64,000 bases of DNA from an uncultured Acidobacteriota bacterium (GTDB lineage Bacteria > Acidobacteriota > UBA6911), in the NCBI GenBank assembly GCA_963843575.1, contig CAWJKZ010000027.1, positions 32,001-96,000 on the forward strand, written 5' to 3'. The notes below the pieces were generated by a model. That model saw only the letters and a list, made by a program, of their open reading frames with translations, had not been told where the DNA came from and did not search any database. Shown in pieces: positions 30,043-45,247 of this stretch. The position numbers and the translations under genes were made by a program. Every line of letters begins with the position of its first letter. The stretch's first letter is position 1.

Positions 30043-31839
30043 TCAATAAGGCCACATCCGCGGCACCAGCAACAGCGCGATCAGGAAGGTCAGGACCGTG
30101 AGCACCCCGCCGACCCGCGCGTAGTCGCTGAACCTGTATCCACCAGGCCCCATCACCAGCACGTTGGCGGGATGGCTGACCGGGGTCATGAACGCGGTCG
30201 ACGTCCCCAACACCACCATCATGAGCAGCGGGTACGGGCTCATGTGGGACTGCTCGGCGGCGCTGAGCGCGATCGGCGCCGTGAAAATGGCCGTGGCGGT
30301 GCCGGAGATCGCCTGCGCCAGGAGCATCGAGACGAGGTAGAAGCCCGCGGCAATCGCGGTGGGGCCGAACGGGGCGAATGCGTGCAGGAGGTTGTGGGAG
30401 AGCATCGCGGCGGCCCCGCTCTTGTCCATCGCGGTCCCTATCGCTAGCATCCCGCCGACCATTACCACGGCCTTCCACTCGATGGCGCGATAGCCGTCCT
30501 CGATCTTGACGGCCCCGGACAGGATCATGATCATGGCCCCCAGCATCGCCGAGGTCGCTAGCCGCAGGACGCCCAGCGAGGCCAGCACCACCATCAGGAT
30601 CATGCCGGCGACGGCCCAGGGCGCCTTGTCGGGGTGAACGATCTCGTCGATGTCGTCGGGGGCGTTCAGGACGATGAAATTCCTCTCGGAGCGCAGGAGC
30701 CGCGCCTGCGACCGGGGCCCGTGCAGCAGGAGCGCGTCGCCGAAACGCAGCGGCATCTGCGAGATGTCCCCCGCGGCAGGCTCCCCTTCACGCCGCAACG
30801 CCAGCACCGTCAGGCCGTATTTCTCCCGGAAATGGACGTCACGCAGGGACTGCCCCACGATGTCGGCATAGGGGGACACGACCACTTCCACGATGCCGAT
30901 GTTACGGTCGGCCCACTGCACCGCCTGGCCGGCGCCGGCCTCGTCGAGCACCAGCCCGAGGGTCTCACGCGTCTGGTGCAGCTGCTTGTGCTCCCCTTCG
31001 ATCAGCAGCCGGTCGCCCGCGCGCAAGATGTCCCCGGGGGCCGGCGCCAGCTTGAGCCGGCTGGCCCGGATGATGCCGACGATGTTGAGGTGGTACTCCT
31101 CCCCCAACTGGCTCTCGCCGAGAGTCAAACCGTCCAGCCTGGAACCCGCGAGTATCCGGGCCTCGAAGATGCGCTCGGGTACGTGGTAGAGCTGCGCCAG
31201 CTCACCGGGCAGCTGGCGCACCGGTGTGAGGCTCTTCACTCCCTGGCTGGGCAGGAGGCGGCGACCCACCGTGGCCATAAAAAGGATGCCGGCAGCGGTC
31301 AACACGCTGCCGATCCGGAAATAATCCCACATGGTGAAGGGCTCAAGCCCCCGGGAGCGCAGCGAGTCGTTCGCGATGATGTTGATGGTGGTAAAGAGCG
31401 TGGCCATGCCCCCCAGCAGCGTGCCGAACGACAGCGGGATCATCAGCTTCGACGCGCTGATACGGGTCTGCCTGGAAACGCTCGACACCCCGGGCAGAAG
31501 GACGGAGGCCGACGCAATGTTGTTCATCACGAGCGACAACAGCGCCGCCGCGGCCATGGTGACGGCAATGAGCCGGGATTCGCTCGCACCGGCGACCTGC
31601 AGCAGCCGCCGCCCCATCCAGGCGGCCACGCCCGTGGCCCCGAGCCCCTCGGTGACGAGAAATATGGCTGCGATCGTGATCACGGCCGGGTTTCCGAACC
31701 CGGCCAGCGCGTCGGCGGTCTGGAGCGAGCCGGTCAGCACCAGCGCCAGCACGGCCAGCAGCGCCACCACGTCCGGCGAGACCCTGTCGCTCAGAAACAG
31801 TACGATCACCCCCGCCAGAATCCCCAGCACCCAGACCAT
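30043..31839 (-). CDS. SLC13/CitMHS-type permease with two TrkA-C domains
   Basis: GFGNPAVI, SLVMNN, LSFGTLLGG, two RCK_C repeats, FMTPVSHPAN, GGYRFSDY. Confidence 0.92.
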   Translation of the reverse strand: MVWVLGILAGVIVLFLSDRVSPDVVALLAVLALVLTGSLQTADALAGFGNPAVITIAAIFLVTEGLGATGVAAWMGRRLLQVAGASESRLIAVTMAAAALLSLVMNNIASASVLLPGVSSVSRQTRISASKLMIPLSFGTLLGGMATLFTTINIIANDSLRSRGLEPFTMWDYFRIGSVLTAAGILFMATVGRRLLPSQGVKSLTPVRQLPGELAQLYHVPERIFEARILAGSRLDGLTLGESQLGEEYHLNIVGIIRASRLKLAPAPGDILRAGDRLLIEGEHKQLHQTRETLGLVLDEAGAGQAVQWADRNIGIVEVVVSPYADIVGQSLRDVHFREKYGLTVLALRREGEPAAGDISQMPLRFGDALLLHGPRSQARLLRSERNFIVLNAPDDIDEIVHPDKAPWAVAGMILMVVLASLGVLRLATSAMLGAMIMILSGAVKIEDGYRAIEWKAVVMVGGMLAIGTAMDKSGAAAMLSHNLLHAFAPFGPTAIAAGFYLVSMLLAQAISGTATAIFTAPIALSAAEQSHMSPYPLLMMVVLGTSTAFMTPVSHPANVLVMGPGGYRFSDYARVGGVLTVLTFLIALLLVPRMWPY

Positions 31840-31851
31840 CTCTGAAGCATA

Positions 31852-32758
31852 GGGGACGGACCAGAACAATATCAACAGATTCTTCGGTTTATGGAAAAAA
31901 CGGGGGCGAAACCAGGCCTTATTTGCGATTTTTGAGCCGATTTTTCTGAAATGAGCGGCCCCGGCCCAAACAATAGGGGCACATGGGATTAGACAGGAGG
32001 AAATCATGCCGAGGGGGAATCGGTACATGCTTCCGGGAGAGGTCTATCATCTGACGCACCGGTGTCACAACAAGGATTTCCTGCTGCGCTTCGGGTGCGA
32101 CCGCACCGAGTACTGCCGACGATTGCGCAATGGGGTCCGGGAGTTTGGCGCCTCGCTCTTCAGCTACTCAATCACAAAAAACCACACGCACCTGCTCGCC
32201 AGGGCCAAACACATGGAGAGCATTTCGGAACTTATGCACAAGGTCGACGGCGGTTTCGCCTCGTACTACAACCGACGCAAGAGCGAGCGCACCAACGCGT
32301 TCTGGGGCGATCGCTTCCACGCAACCATGATCGAGAGCGGGGGACACCTGTTGAACTGCATGGCCTATATCGACCTGAACATGGTCCCGTGCAGGGACGG
32401 TCGGGCACCCGCGCGATTGGAAGTGGTGCGGCTACCCGGAGCTAATGGGATGGAGGTTCAGGAACCTGTTTCTCGATCTCGCGCTGCTACTCAACTCCTC
32501 GGGTTTGGCACCCTCGAACAGCTTCGGGCCGAAATCGGAGAGCGCGTCCAATGCGCCATCAGGGAGCGATTGCTCGAGAGGCAGCGCTGCTGGACCGAAG
32601 GGGTCGCGGTGGGAAGCGAGCCCTATGTCAAGCGGATATCGGCGGCGTGGTCCGGGCTTGGGAGCCTTCCCGAGCCGGTTCTCGAGACGAAGGGTGTCTG
32701 GGCGGTTTATGAGCTTGGGGCTGCTTCGGAGATATCTTACTCATAACGAACTACTTAC

Positions 32759-32772
<14 letters not shown>
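31852..32772 (+). mobile_element. Y1/HUH transposase element bounded by 11-bp terminal inverted repeats
   Basis: GGGGACGGACC at 31852-31862 and GGTCCGTCCCC at 32762-32772; AT-richer than its flanks; contains one transposase gene. Confidence 0.75.
32006..32746 (+). CDS. Y1 tyrosine transposase (RAYT/IS200-superfamily), compensating frameshifts near 32388 and 32490
   Basis: MPRxxR start, YHLTHRCHN, HUH motif NHTHLL, FWGDRF, YIDLNMV, then RAGTVGHPRDWKWCGY in the +1 frame; RBS AGGAGG. Confidence 0.9.
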   Translation: MPRGNRYMLPGEVYHLTHRCHNKDFLLRFGCDRTEYCRRLRNGVREFGASLFSYSITKNHTHLLARAKHMESISELMHKVDGGFASYYNRRKSERTNAFWGDRFHATMIESGGHLLNCMAYIDLNMVPCRDGRAPARLEVVRLPGANGMEVQEPVSRSRAATQLLGFGTLEQLRAEIGERVQCAIRERLLERQRCWTEGVAVGSEPYVKRISAAWSGLGSLPEPVLETKGVWAVYELGAASEISYS

Positions 32773-35955
<3,183 letters not shown>

Positions 35956-36163
35956 CCTAACTCCTGATCGTAATATCCGCTTCCGCGCGCACTCGGCCCG
36001 GGATGCGTTGTTTTCTTTCCATGTCGGGTCTGCCGGAAAAACGAGCGCTATCATAGCCGCTTGCCCCCCCTCAGGCCACTGATTTGACACATCGCGTCCG
36101 ACGGGTGGCCGGATATCGGTTTTGCTTTTCCGGCCCCTGCGATACTGCTAAGCTCGGCACACT

Positions 36164-37730
<1,567 letters not shown>

Positions 37731-37925
37731 CGGTCCTGGGAGCGGCGAGAAACAATAACTCACCACGGAAGACACTGAAGGACCCACCCGGCAAGTGTTG
37801 TCGCAGGCCGGCGCACGTTCGTCCGCGGCAAGGTTTTTGATTTTTCCCGTTCCTTGCATCCGGAAGGCCGGGGAACGGGGCGTCCTCGGCCGAAAACGTA
37901 AGTCCGCCAGGTGCTGAACGGCGGG

Positions 37926-38333
37926 ATGGGAGAGAACGTGAGCGAGACGCAAGAGACTGAAACCGGCACGATGTCGTGGGCGGACCTCACGGTCCCGGAC
38001 GCCGCCGCGGTGCGGGATTTCTACCAGGCCGTGGTCGGGTGGAAATCGACAGCATTGGACATGGGAGGATACGACGACTACTGCATGAATCTCCCGTCCA
38101 GCGGCACCACCGTCGCCGGGATCTGTCACGCGCGCGGCGTCAACGCGGCGCTCCCGCCGGTCTGGCTCCTGTACATCACGGTCGCCGACATCGACGCGAG
38201 CCTCCGCCGCTGCCTGGAACTCGGCGGCACGGTGATTGCCGGGCCCACGGACATGGGGAGCCAGGGCCGGTGCTGCGTCATCCGCGATCCGGCCGGCGCG
38301 GTCGTCGCACTCGTGGGCCGCAGCGCTTCGTGA
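37926..38333 (+). CDS. VOC/glyoxalase family protein
   Basis: WADLTVPDA...FYQAVVGW, WLLYITVAD, IRDPAGA. Confidence 0.9.
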   Translation: MGENVSETQETETGTMSWADLTVPDAAAVRDFYQAVVGWKSTALDMGGYDDYCMNLPSSGTTVAGICHARGVNAALPPVWLLYITVADIDASLRRCLELGGTVIAGPTDMGSQGRCCVIRDPAGAVVALVGRSAS

Positions 38334-38345
38334 CCCTGGGAGGCA

Positions 38346-38435
38346 GTGGGCCGCACCGACCCGCGCGGCCCGCACCACCGGGTGGTTTTCGCCTCTACTG
38401 GTCGCCCCGGGCGAGGGCGAGCCGCCCCGCCCAAT
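38346..38435. repeat. REP-like families C+D composite (degenerate)
   Basis: GTGGGCCGCACCGACCCGCGCGGCCCGC … GGGCGAGGGCGAGCCGCCCCGCCCAAT. Confidence 0.55.
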
Positions 38436-38495
38436 TACAGAAACCTGTTGATCCCGCACGAAAACCCTTTATCGTGGACTTGGAGGCCAACCGCT

Positions 38496-39809
38496 ATGGA
38501 ACTGTTCCGGGGTCGGGTCAGGTGGGTGCTCATATTCTGGATGTTCGTCCTCAGCGCGGTGGCATACCTCGACCGCGTCAATATCTCGATCGCGGCACGC
38601 TCGATAGCGCAGGAGTTTGAGCTGGACAACATCCGCCTGGGATGGGTCTTCAGCGCATTCGTGCTCGGCTACGCCCTGTTCCAGGCACCGGGAGGCCGCC
38701 TGGCCGACCGTTTCGGGCCGCGCAGGGTCCTGGTGCTGGCCACCGTGTGGTGGGGTCTGTTCACCGCCCTGACGGCGGCGGTGCCGGCCGTTCCGGGCAT
38801 CCTCGGTGTGTTGCTCGGGGTCCGTTTCCTCCTCGGCGTCGGGGAGGCGGTGGTTTACCCGGCATCCAACAGGCTGGTGGCCAACTGGATCCCCTCGCAG
38901 GAACGGGGCATCGCCAACGGGCTGATTTTCGCGGGGGTCGGGGCGGGCGCCGGGATCACGCCGCCGCTGATCACCTTCATCATGCTGAACTACGGATGGC
39001 GCTGGTCCTTCTGGATCAGCGCGATGATTGGGCTGGCCGTCGGCGGCGTCTGGTTTTTCCTCGCCCGCGACAACCCGGAGAGCCATCCGTGGATGAGCGA
39101 GGCCGAAGCGCAGCACATACGCTCGGGGCTGCCTCAATCCGGCGCGCGGGCCGGGGCGCCCGCGGCCCTGCCCTGGAGCGCCATCGTGGCCAACCGCGAC
39201 GTATTGGCCGTCACGGCCAGCTACTTCTGCTACGGCTATGTCGCGTACATCTACTTCACCTGGTTTTTCATGTACCTGAGCACGGTGCGCGGCCTAGACC
39301 TCAAATCGAGCTCTTATTACGGCATGCTTCCGTTTGCCGCCATGGCGGTCTGCTCGCCGCTCGGAGGCATCATCAGCGACCGCGTGACCAAACGCTACGG
39401 GAAACGGGCCGGACGCTGCGGCATCGCAGTGGTCGGGCTGGCCCTTTCGGGGGTCTTCATTGTCCTGGGGACGCAGGCGCAGGACGCCAGGCTTGCGAGC
39501 GTCGTTCTGGCAGGGGGTGCCGGGGCGCTGTATCTCTCGCAAAGCTCGTTCTGGTCCGTGACGGCCGACATCGCGGGGCGTTCCGCGGGATCGGTGTCCG
39601 GCATCATGAACATGGGAAACCAGATCGGCGGCGCGATCACCGCCTCGCTGACACCGCTGCTGGCCAAGTACTTCGGCTGGACCGCCTCGTTCCTGGTCGC
39701 GGCCGGGCTGTGCGTGGTCGGCGCCCTCGCCTGGCTCGCGGTCCACCCGGACAGGCAGATCCTGGTGGACAGGAGCGCGGGGGCCGCGGCGCGGACGCAG
39801 TCAACTTAA
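38496..39809 (+). CDS. MFS transporter, anion:cation symporter (glucarate/hexuronate-like)
   Basis: YLDRVNISIA, GRLADRFGPRR, RFLLGVGEA, WIPSQERG. Confidence 0.9.
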   Translation: MELFRGRVRWVLIFWMFVLSAVAYLDRVNISIAARSIAQEFELDNIRLGWVFSAFVLGYALFQAPGGRLADRFGPRRVLVLATVWWGLFTALTAAVPAVPGILGVLLGVRFLLGVGEAVVYPASNRLVANWIPSQERGIANGLIFAGVGAGAGITPPLITFIMLNYGWRWSFWISAMIGLAVGGVWFFLARDNPESHPWMSEAEAQHIRSGLPQSGARAGAPAALPWSAIVANRDVLAVTASYFCYGYVAYIYFTWFFMYLSTVRGLDLKSSSYYGMLPFAAMAVCSPLGGIISDRVTKRYGKRAGRCGIAVVGLALSGVFIVLGTQAQDARLASVVLAGGAGALYLSQSSFWSVTADIAGRSAGSVSGIMNMGNQIGGAITASLTPLLAKYFGWTASFLVAAGLCVVGALAWLAVHPDRQILVDRSAGAAARTQST

Positions 39810-39830
39810 AGCTCTCACGGAGAAAACAAA

Positions 39831-40559
39831 ATGAAACGGAAAATCCTGCTCGGTGCCGCCCTGTCGGCCCTGGTCCTGGCTTTCGGGAGCTGGATCTTCT
39901 CGCAAGCGGCCGGGGATCCCCTGATCGAGGCGTTCCGCCACACCGAGGTCGCGTCGGTCGCCGATGCCATGGAGCAGCTGTATGGAACCCAGGCCTACAT
40001 GCGCCACGACATGCGCCCCCTCTTCAAGACCAAGTTCGCCGGTCCTGCCGTAACCGTCATGATGAAGCGGGAAGAGCACAAAGAAGGCGGGGCTGCCAGC
40101 ACGGGCATGATCGACGCCATCGACACAGCACCCGAAGGGTCGGTCTACGTCATGGTCCTCGAGGAAGGTCTGGACTACGGCGCGGTCGGCGGCTTGATGG
40201 CCACCACCATGAAGTACCGCGGCCTGGCCGGGGCCGTGGTGGACGCCTCGATCCGCGACCTGCCGCAATTGCAGCGGCTGCAGTTCCCGGTCTTCAGCCG
40301 CGGCGTCTCGCCCGGCACGACCATCGGCCACTTCCGATGCACCGGCTTCAACGTCCCGGTGACCTGCGCCGGTGTCCAAGTCAATCCCAAGGACATCGTC
40401 ACGGCCGACGAGGATGGCGTGGCGGTCGTGCCCCGAGAAAAAGCCGCCGAGGTGCTGAAGAAGGCCCAGGAACTCGACTTCACCGAGCACTCGACCTATC
40501 CCTTCATCGAACGGTTCAAGTCGCTGAAGGAGGCGGTGGCCAAGTTCGGCCGGATCTGA
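39831..40559 (+). CDS. RraA/HMG-aldolase-family protein with Sec signal peptide
   Basis: MKRKILLGAALSALVLAFG leader; SVADAM, FAGPAVT, GGLM, IRDL, DIVTADEDGV. Confidence 0.88.
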   Translation: MKRKILLGAALSALVLAFGSWIFSQAAGDPLIEAFRHTEVASVADAMEQLYGTQAYMRHDMRPLFKTKFAGPAVTVMMKREEHKEGGAASTGMIDAIDTAPEGSVYVMVLEEGLDYGAVGGLMATTMKYRGLAGAVVDASIRDLPQLQRLQFPVFSRGVSPGTTIGHFRCTGFNVPVTCAGVQVNPKDIVTADEDGVAVVPREKAAEVLKKAQELDFTEHSTYPFIERFKSLKEAVAKFGRI

Positions 40560-40629
40560 CGAACTTCAGAGGCTGTTCTACGATTGAGGTTTTGAAAAAG
40601 CAAGTGCGGCCAGGCCGGGTGGTTCAACC

Positions 40630-40648
40630 GTCCGGGCTGAAGCCCGAC
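40630..40648. repeat. REP-like family B copy
   Basis: GTCCGGGCTGAAGCCCGAC (one base shorter). Confidence 0.7.
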
Positions 40649-40652
40649 GCAC

Positions 40653-42100
40653 CTATTCCTTTGCCGGGAGGAACGGCCGCGTCCAGTTGCGCCTCGCCAG
40701 GGCCTTCAATTCGTTTTTGACGTCGGCAAACCCAGGGCTCGCCGCCTTGTTCCGTTCTTCGCCCGGATCGGCATCGTAGTCGTAGAGCTGCTCGCCGAGG
40801 TTGCCGTCGTCCCCCACATCGTGTAGCGCCAGCGTTCGGTGCGCACGCTGTAGCCGCCGTAACTGGCGCGCCACACCTGGGTGAAGGCCGGCTTGTCCCA
40901 TGGCGCCCCGGGATCGTCCAGCAGCGGTGTCAGGCTCTTGCCCGCGATCCCCAGCGGCGGCCTCAGGCCGCAGACCTCGGCCAGCGTCGGGTAGATGTCC
41001 AGCAACTCCACGGTGCGAGGCGAATGGCCTCCGCGGGTCTTCTGTCCCGGCACCGACAGGATCAGCGGGACGCGGGCTGAGTTCTCGAAATTGCTCTGCT
41101 TCATCCAGAGGCCCAGCTCGCCCAGGTGATAGCCGTTGTCGCCCCAGAAGACGACGATCGTGCTGTCGGCGAGCCCCAGCCGGTCCAGCGCGTCGAGCAA
41201 GCGGCCGACCTGGGCGTCCATGAAGGCAATGGCGGCGTAGTAGGCGCGGATCGACTCGCGCGCCTGCCGCTCGGTGACGCCGAACCAGGGCCACGGCTGG
41301 GTAGAGGCCAGCGCCCCTTCGGGCACCTGGCTCGGCAGGTCCTTCGGATACCGGGGGGCTGCGATCACCTCCAGCGGCACCGGGTCGAAGTACTTCTTCG
41401 GGGCGACATAGGGGGAGTGCGGGCGGTAGAAGCCGCAGGCGATGAAGAACGGCCGGTCCCTGTGCTCCTCGAGGAGTCGTACGGCCGCCTGTGCCCCGAT
41501 CCCGTCGGTCTGCTCCTCGTCGGTTCCCTCGGCGGCCAGGAAGGAGAGCGAGCTCCCCAGTCCCCGCTTCGGCGTGTAGTTGACCAGCTTGCCCTCGTCG
41601 TCCTTGTCGCGGCCGCGCGGGTTGACAAACGCGTTCCACGAGGGCGGGTCGTCCAGCCCGCTGGTGCCGATGTCGCCGGGGACTCCGTAGTGATAGATCT
41701 TGCCGACACGGGCGGCGAAGTAGCCGTTGCGCATGAACATCTGCGGCAGCGTGACCACGTCCGGCAGCACCGAGCGGAAGTGCTTCTTGAGGTCGAACAC
41801 CTCGGTGACGTCGGGCCGCAGCCCGGTCATGAGCGAGGTGCGGCTGGGGCTGCACAGCGGGAACTGGCAGTACGCGCGCTGGAATAGGGTCCCGCGCGCC
41901 GCGAGACGGTCGAGGTTGGGCGTCTTGACGAGCGTGTGCCCGTAGCAGCCGAGGCTGCAGTTCAGGTCGTCCGAGGCGATGAACAGCACGTTGAGCCTGC
42001 CGCCCCCATGCGCGGCGACGGCCCTTCTTTCCGGGAGGGTCAGGGCGGCTGCGCCGGCTCCCGCCAATTTCAGCAGACCGCGCCTCGTTATAGTACCCAT
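40653..42100 (-). CDS. Tat-exported S1 sulfatase (iduronate-2-sulfatase-like), frameshift near 40815
   Basis: TRRGLL; NVLFIASDDL, CSPSR formylglycine motif, GKIYH, GFYRPHSP, GDNGYHLGE. Confidence 0.92.
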
Positions 42101-42203
42101 GGTTTCAGCTCCCGATCTTATTAGATTTCGCGATATTCCGTGACTCTCCGCGGCAAGGTTGGCACTGGCCCGGGCCGAGTCCTCCGGTGATTCTTCCGAC
42201 AAC

Positions 42204-43625
42204 TCACCGCAGCACGATTTTCCCGAGCGGATACCAGCCTTCGGGTGTCCGGCCGGAAATGGCGAGGTTCACCTTGGGCGCCTTCAGATCGAAGTCCATG
42301 ATCGCCAGTTCCAGGTCGTACCCCCCGGCCGCGAGGTTCGGCGGGATCTTGACTTTCCCGTCAAACAGGCTGTCGCCGGGAAGCCAGGTCGTGATGTCCC
42401 CGTCCGTGCGCAGGACAGCGGCCTGCGATCCGTTCCTGAGTCGCAGGGCCACCGGATATTTCCGGTAACAGGGTGCGACGCCCTTGTTTTCCCACCAGGA
42501 GGTAAACGACAGCTCGCCCCCGGGCTGCACGGCCGCGGGGTAGGTGAATTTGCGGAGCACGAACCGGTACCCCATCCTCTTCAGCCAGCGGTTGACCTGG
42601 GGCCACCAGTCGTCGGGCACGGGCGACGACTTGGCGTTGAACGACGAGATGTGCCACTTGAGCGACTGGTCGATGATGTAATCCACGTCCCACCCTTTGT
42701 TCTTCCACTGCTGCATCACCCAGCACACCTCGAGGGACACCGGGGCCTTCTTCCAGGCGTCCTGCATGCCGAAGTAGATGATGTTCTCCGGGTAGTAGTC
42801 GAGCATATGGGACCACGTGGGGCTGAAGCCACCCATGTCGCCGAGGCAGTCGACGCGCCAACCCACGGCGCGCCTCGACAGGGCATACTGGTTCGTCTCG
42901 CGGTCGGTGAGCTGCATCAGCAAGGGGGTTTTTTCGAAGGTGTCGAGATAGCAGTCCAGCAACGCGCGGCGGGTCGCCGGCGTGAGGCGTTCGGAGCCTT
43001 CCCCTTCGCCCCAGGCGCCAACGATGGACACGTCGATCGCTTCCACGTCCGGGTGGCCGTCGTAGCGCAACCCCAGTTGCCGGATCATCCCGCCGAAGTG
43101 TTTCGGGTAGCGCGGATCCTCGGGATTAGTGCGCCACTTCTTGACCGGGAGCACGTCGGCCTCGCTTCCCAGCATCTTCCGATACCAGTCGGGCACGTCG
43201 TTGTTGGCGTCGGTCCCGTACGGGGCGAGGCGCAGCAGCAGCGCCTGCCCGCGCGCCCGGGCGGTTTTCAGGGCCGTGTCGATGAGTTCCCACCGGTATT
43301 TCCCGCTCTCCGGCTCGATAAACTTCCAGTACACGCGGAAGTATGCGATGGAGGTCATGGGATGGTTCTTGTTCTCGAGGCTTCCCGTGGGGGCCTGGTA
43401 GACGATCGGGTATCCCTCGGTCCACCCGAGCCCCTGGTTCAGATCGTCGCCGTTGAAACGCTGAAACGTCATGAACCCGATCCCGGGATTGACGAGGACG
43501 TCGTCGATCTCGCTGGGCCGGGTCGTAACGGCATCCTGCGCGGGCGCGACGGCGATCCCGGCTGTGAGCAGCGCGGTCAAAGTCCATGACGCAAATCGCG
43601 CGCACCTGCCCGGCTTCGGCTGCAT
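42204..43625 (-). CDS. Secreted DUF4832-type glycoside-hydrolase-like protein
   Basis: LVNPGIGF, YFRVYW..IEP..G.Y.W, GAWGEG, MGYRFVL, ENKGVAP. Confidence 0.78.
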   Translation of the reverse strand: MQPKPGRCARFASWTLTALLTAGIAVAPAQDAVTTRPSEIDDVLVNPGIGFMTFQRFNGDDLNQGLGWTEGYPIVYQAPTGSLENKNHPMTSIAYFRVYWKFIEPESGKYRWELIDTALKTARARGQALLLRLAPYGTDANNDVPDWYRKMLGSEADVLPVKKWRTNPEDPRYPKHFGGMIRQLGLRYDGHPDVEAIDVSIVGAWGEGEGSERLTPATRRALLDCYLDTFEKTPLLMQLTDRETNQYALSRRAVGWRVDCLGDMGGFSPTWSHMLDYYPENIIYFGMQDAWKKAPVSLEVCWVMQQWKNKGWDVDYIIDQSLKWHISSFNAKSSPVPDDWWPQVNRWLKRMGYRFVLRKFTYPAAVQPGGELSFTSWWENKGVAPCYRKYPVALRLRNGSQAAVLRTDGDITTWLPGDSLFDGKVKIPPNLAAGGYDLELAIMDFDLKAPKVNLAISGRTPEGWYPLGKIVLR

Positions 43626-43692
43626 CCTGACCTCCCGTCATCGTTTGAATGCAATCCTCCGCCGTGTCCCCCCTTCCGCGCAAACAAAAAAG

Positions 43693-43727
43693 GGGGTGGG
43701 CCGCGTCGGGCCGACGCGGCCCACCCC
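43693..43727. repeat. REP-like family C perfect palindrome
   Basis: GGGGTGGGCCGCGTCGG-G-CCGACGCGGCCCACCCC. Confidence 0.75.
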
Positions 43728-43824
43728 TGGGTCCGGTGTACTCTGGCAGCCGACGGAAGCTATTTAGTTGAAGCCCCTCCCGACCTGGTTCTATGATCCG
43801 TCCACCGCCACCAGTGGAGGTCCT

Positions 43825-45189
43825 ATGAAAAGCACGCGGCGCGAATTCATGAAATCCGCGGTCGCGGCGCGGCCCGCAGCTTTCCTGTTCCCCACCATGG
43901 TCACCCGCCCGCTGCGCGGCGGCGCCGCCCCGGGGAGCCTGATCAACGTCGGGGTCATCGGCTCCGGCCGCATTGCCCGCGAGCACGACATGCCGGGGAT
44001 CATCAAGCACGACAAGACCGCCCGGATCACGGCGTTGTGCGATCTCGACGCCGACCGAGTCGAAGAAGGCCGTCAGTTCGTCCAGGAGCGCTACGCGCAG
44101 AAAGGGATCCCGCTGACGGTGCGGACCTACGCCGACTATCGCGAGATGCTGCAGAACAAGGAACTCGACGCGATCGTCATCTGCACGCCCGACCATTGGC
44201 ACGCCAAACCGGCCATCGATGCGGCCCAGGCGGGCAAGGACGTCTACCTGGAGAAGCCAACCTCGCTCACGATCGCCGAAGGCCGCACCATGAGCGACGC
44301 CATCATGCGTACCGGCAGGGTCTTCCAGATGGGAACGCAGCAGCGCTCCTGGGAACAGTTCCGGGTCGCCTGCGAGCTCGTGCGCAACGGCAGGATAGGG
44401 AAGCTGCACACGGTCCGCATCGGCTTGCCCGGGGATCCTTCGGGCAAGCCCGAACCCGAGATGCCCGTCCCGAAAAACCTGAACTACGAGATGTGGCTGG
44501 GCTCCACCCCCTACGTCTACTACACCGAAAACCGCGTCCACCCGCAAAAGGGCTACGACCGCCCGGGCTGGCTGCGCTGCGAGCAGTTCGGCGCCGGCAT
44601 GATCACGGGCTGGGGCCACCACCACGTCGACATCGCACACTGGGGTATGGACGCCGAGTACTCAGGGCCCGTCGAGATCCAGGCAACCGCCGATTTCCCG
44701 AAGGGCGGCCTGTGGGACGTACACGGGGACTTCCAGGTAGAGGCGCTTTACCCGGGCGGGGTGACCATGTTCATCAGCGGCAAGTACCCGAACGGGATCC
44801 GTTTCGAAGGCTCCGACGGCTGGATCTTCGTTACTCGCGGGAGCTATACGGCCACCGCCAGCGACCCGGTCAACAGCGCCGCAGGCCAGAGTCCGCTGTC
44901 GGCAAGCGACCCCAGGCTGCTGAAATCGCAGATCGGCCCCGACGAGATTCACCTGTACCCGAGCAATGACCACCACGGCAACTGGCTGGACTGCATCCGG
45001 AACCGCCGGCCGACGGTCTGCCCGGTCGAGATCGGGCACCGAGGCTGCACCACCTGCCTGCTCAGCCACATCGCCATGAAGCTGCCGCGAAAACTCTACT
45101 GGGATCACATCCGGGAGAGATTCAGAAACGACGACGAGGCCAACGCGCTCCTGGCGCGCGCGCAGCGCTGGCCATACCAGATCGGCTAA
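43825..45189 (+). CDS. Tat-exported Gfo/Idh/MocA oxidoreductase
   Basis: TRREFM, TPDHWH, KDVYLEKP, QMGTQQRS, WGHHHVDIAHWG. Confidence 0.92.
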   Translation: MKSTRREFMKSAVAARPAAFLFPTMVTRPLRGGAAPGSLINVGVIGSGRIAREHDMPGIIKHDKTARITALCDLDADRVEEGRQFVQERYAQKGIPLTVRTYADYREMLQNKELDAIVICTPDHWHAKPAIDAAQAGKDVYLEKPTSLTIAEGRTMSDAIMRTGRVFQMGTQQRSWEQFRVACELVRNGRIGKLHTVRIGLPGDPSGKPEPEMPVPKNLNYEMWLGSTPYVYYTENRVHPQKGYDRPGWLRCEQFGAGMITGWGHHHVDIAHWGMDAEYSGPVEIQATADFPKGGLWDVHGDFQVEALYPGGVTMFISGKYPNGIRFEGSDGWIFVTRGSYTATASDPVNSAAGQSPLSASDPRLLKSQIGPDEIHLYPSNDHHGNWLDCIRNRRPTVCPVEIGHRGCTTCLLSHIAMKLPRKLYWDHIRERFRNDDEANALLARAQRWPYQIG

Positions 45190-45247
45190 CACCCGCGCCA
45201 TTTCCCCGCCCTGCCGGCCTGCTGTCGTGCCTGCGATCGGAGGGAAT

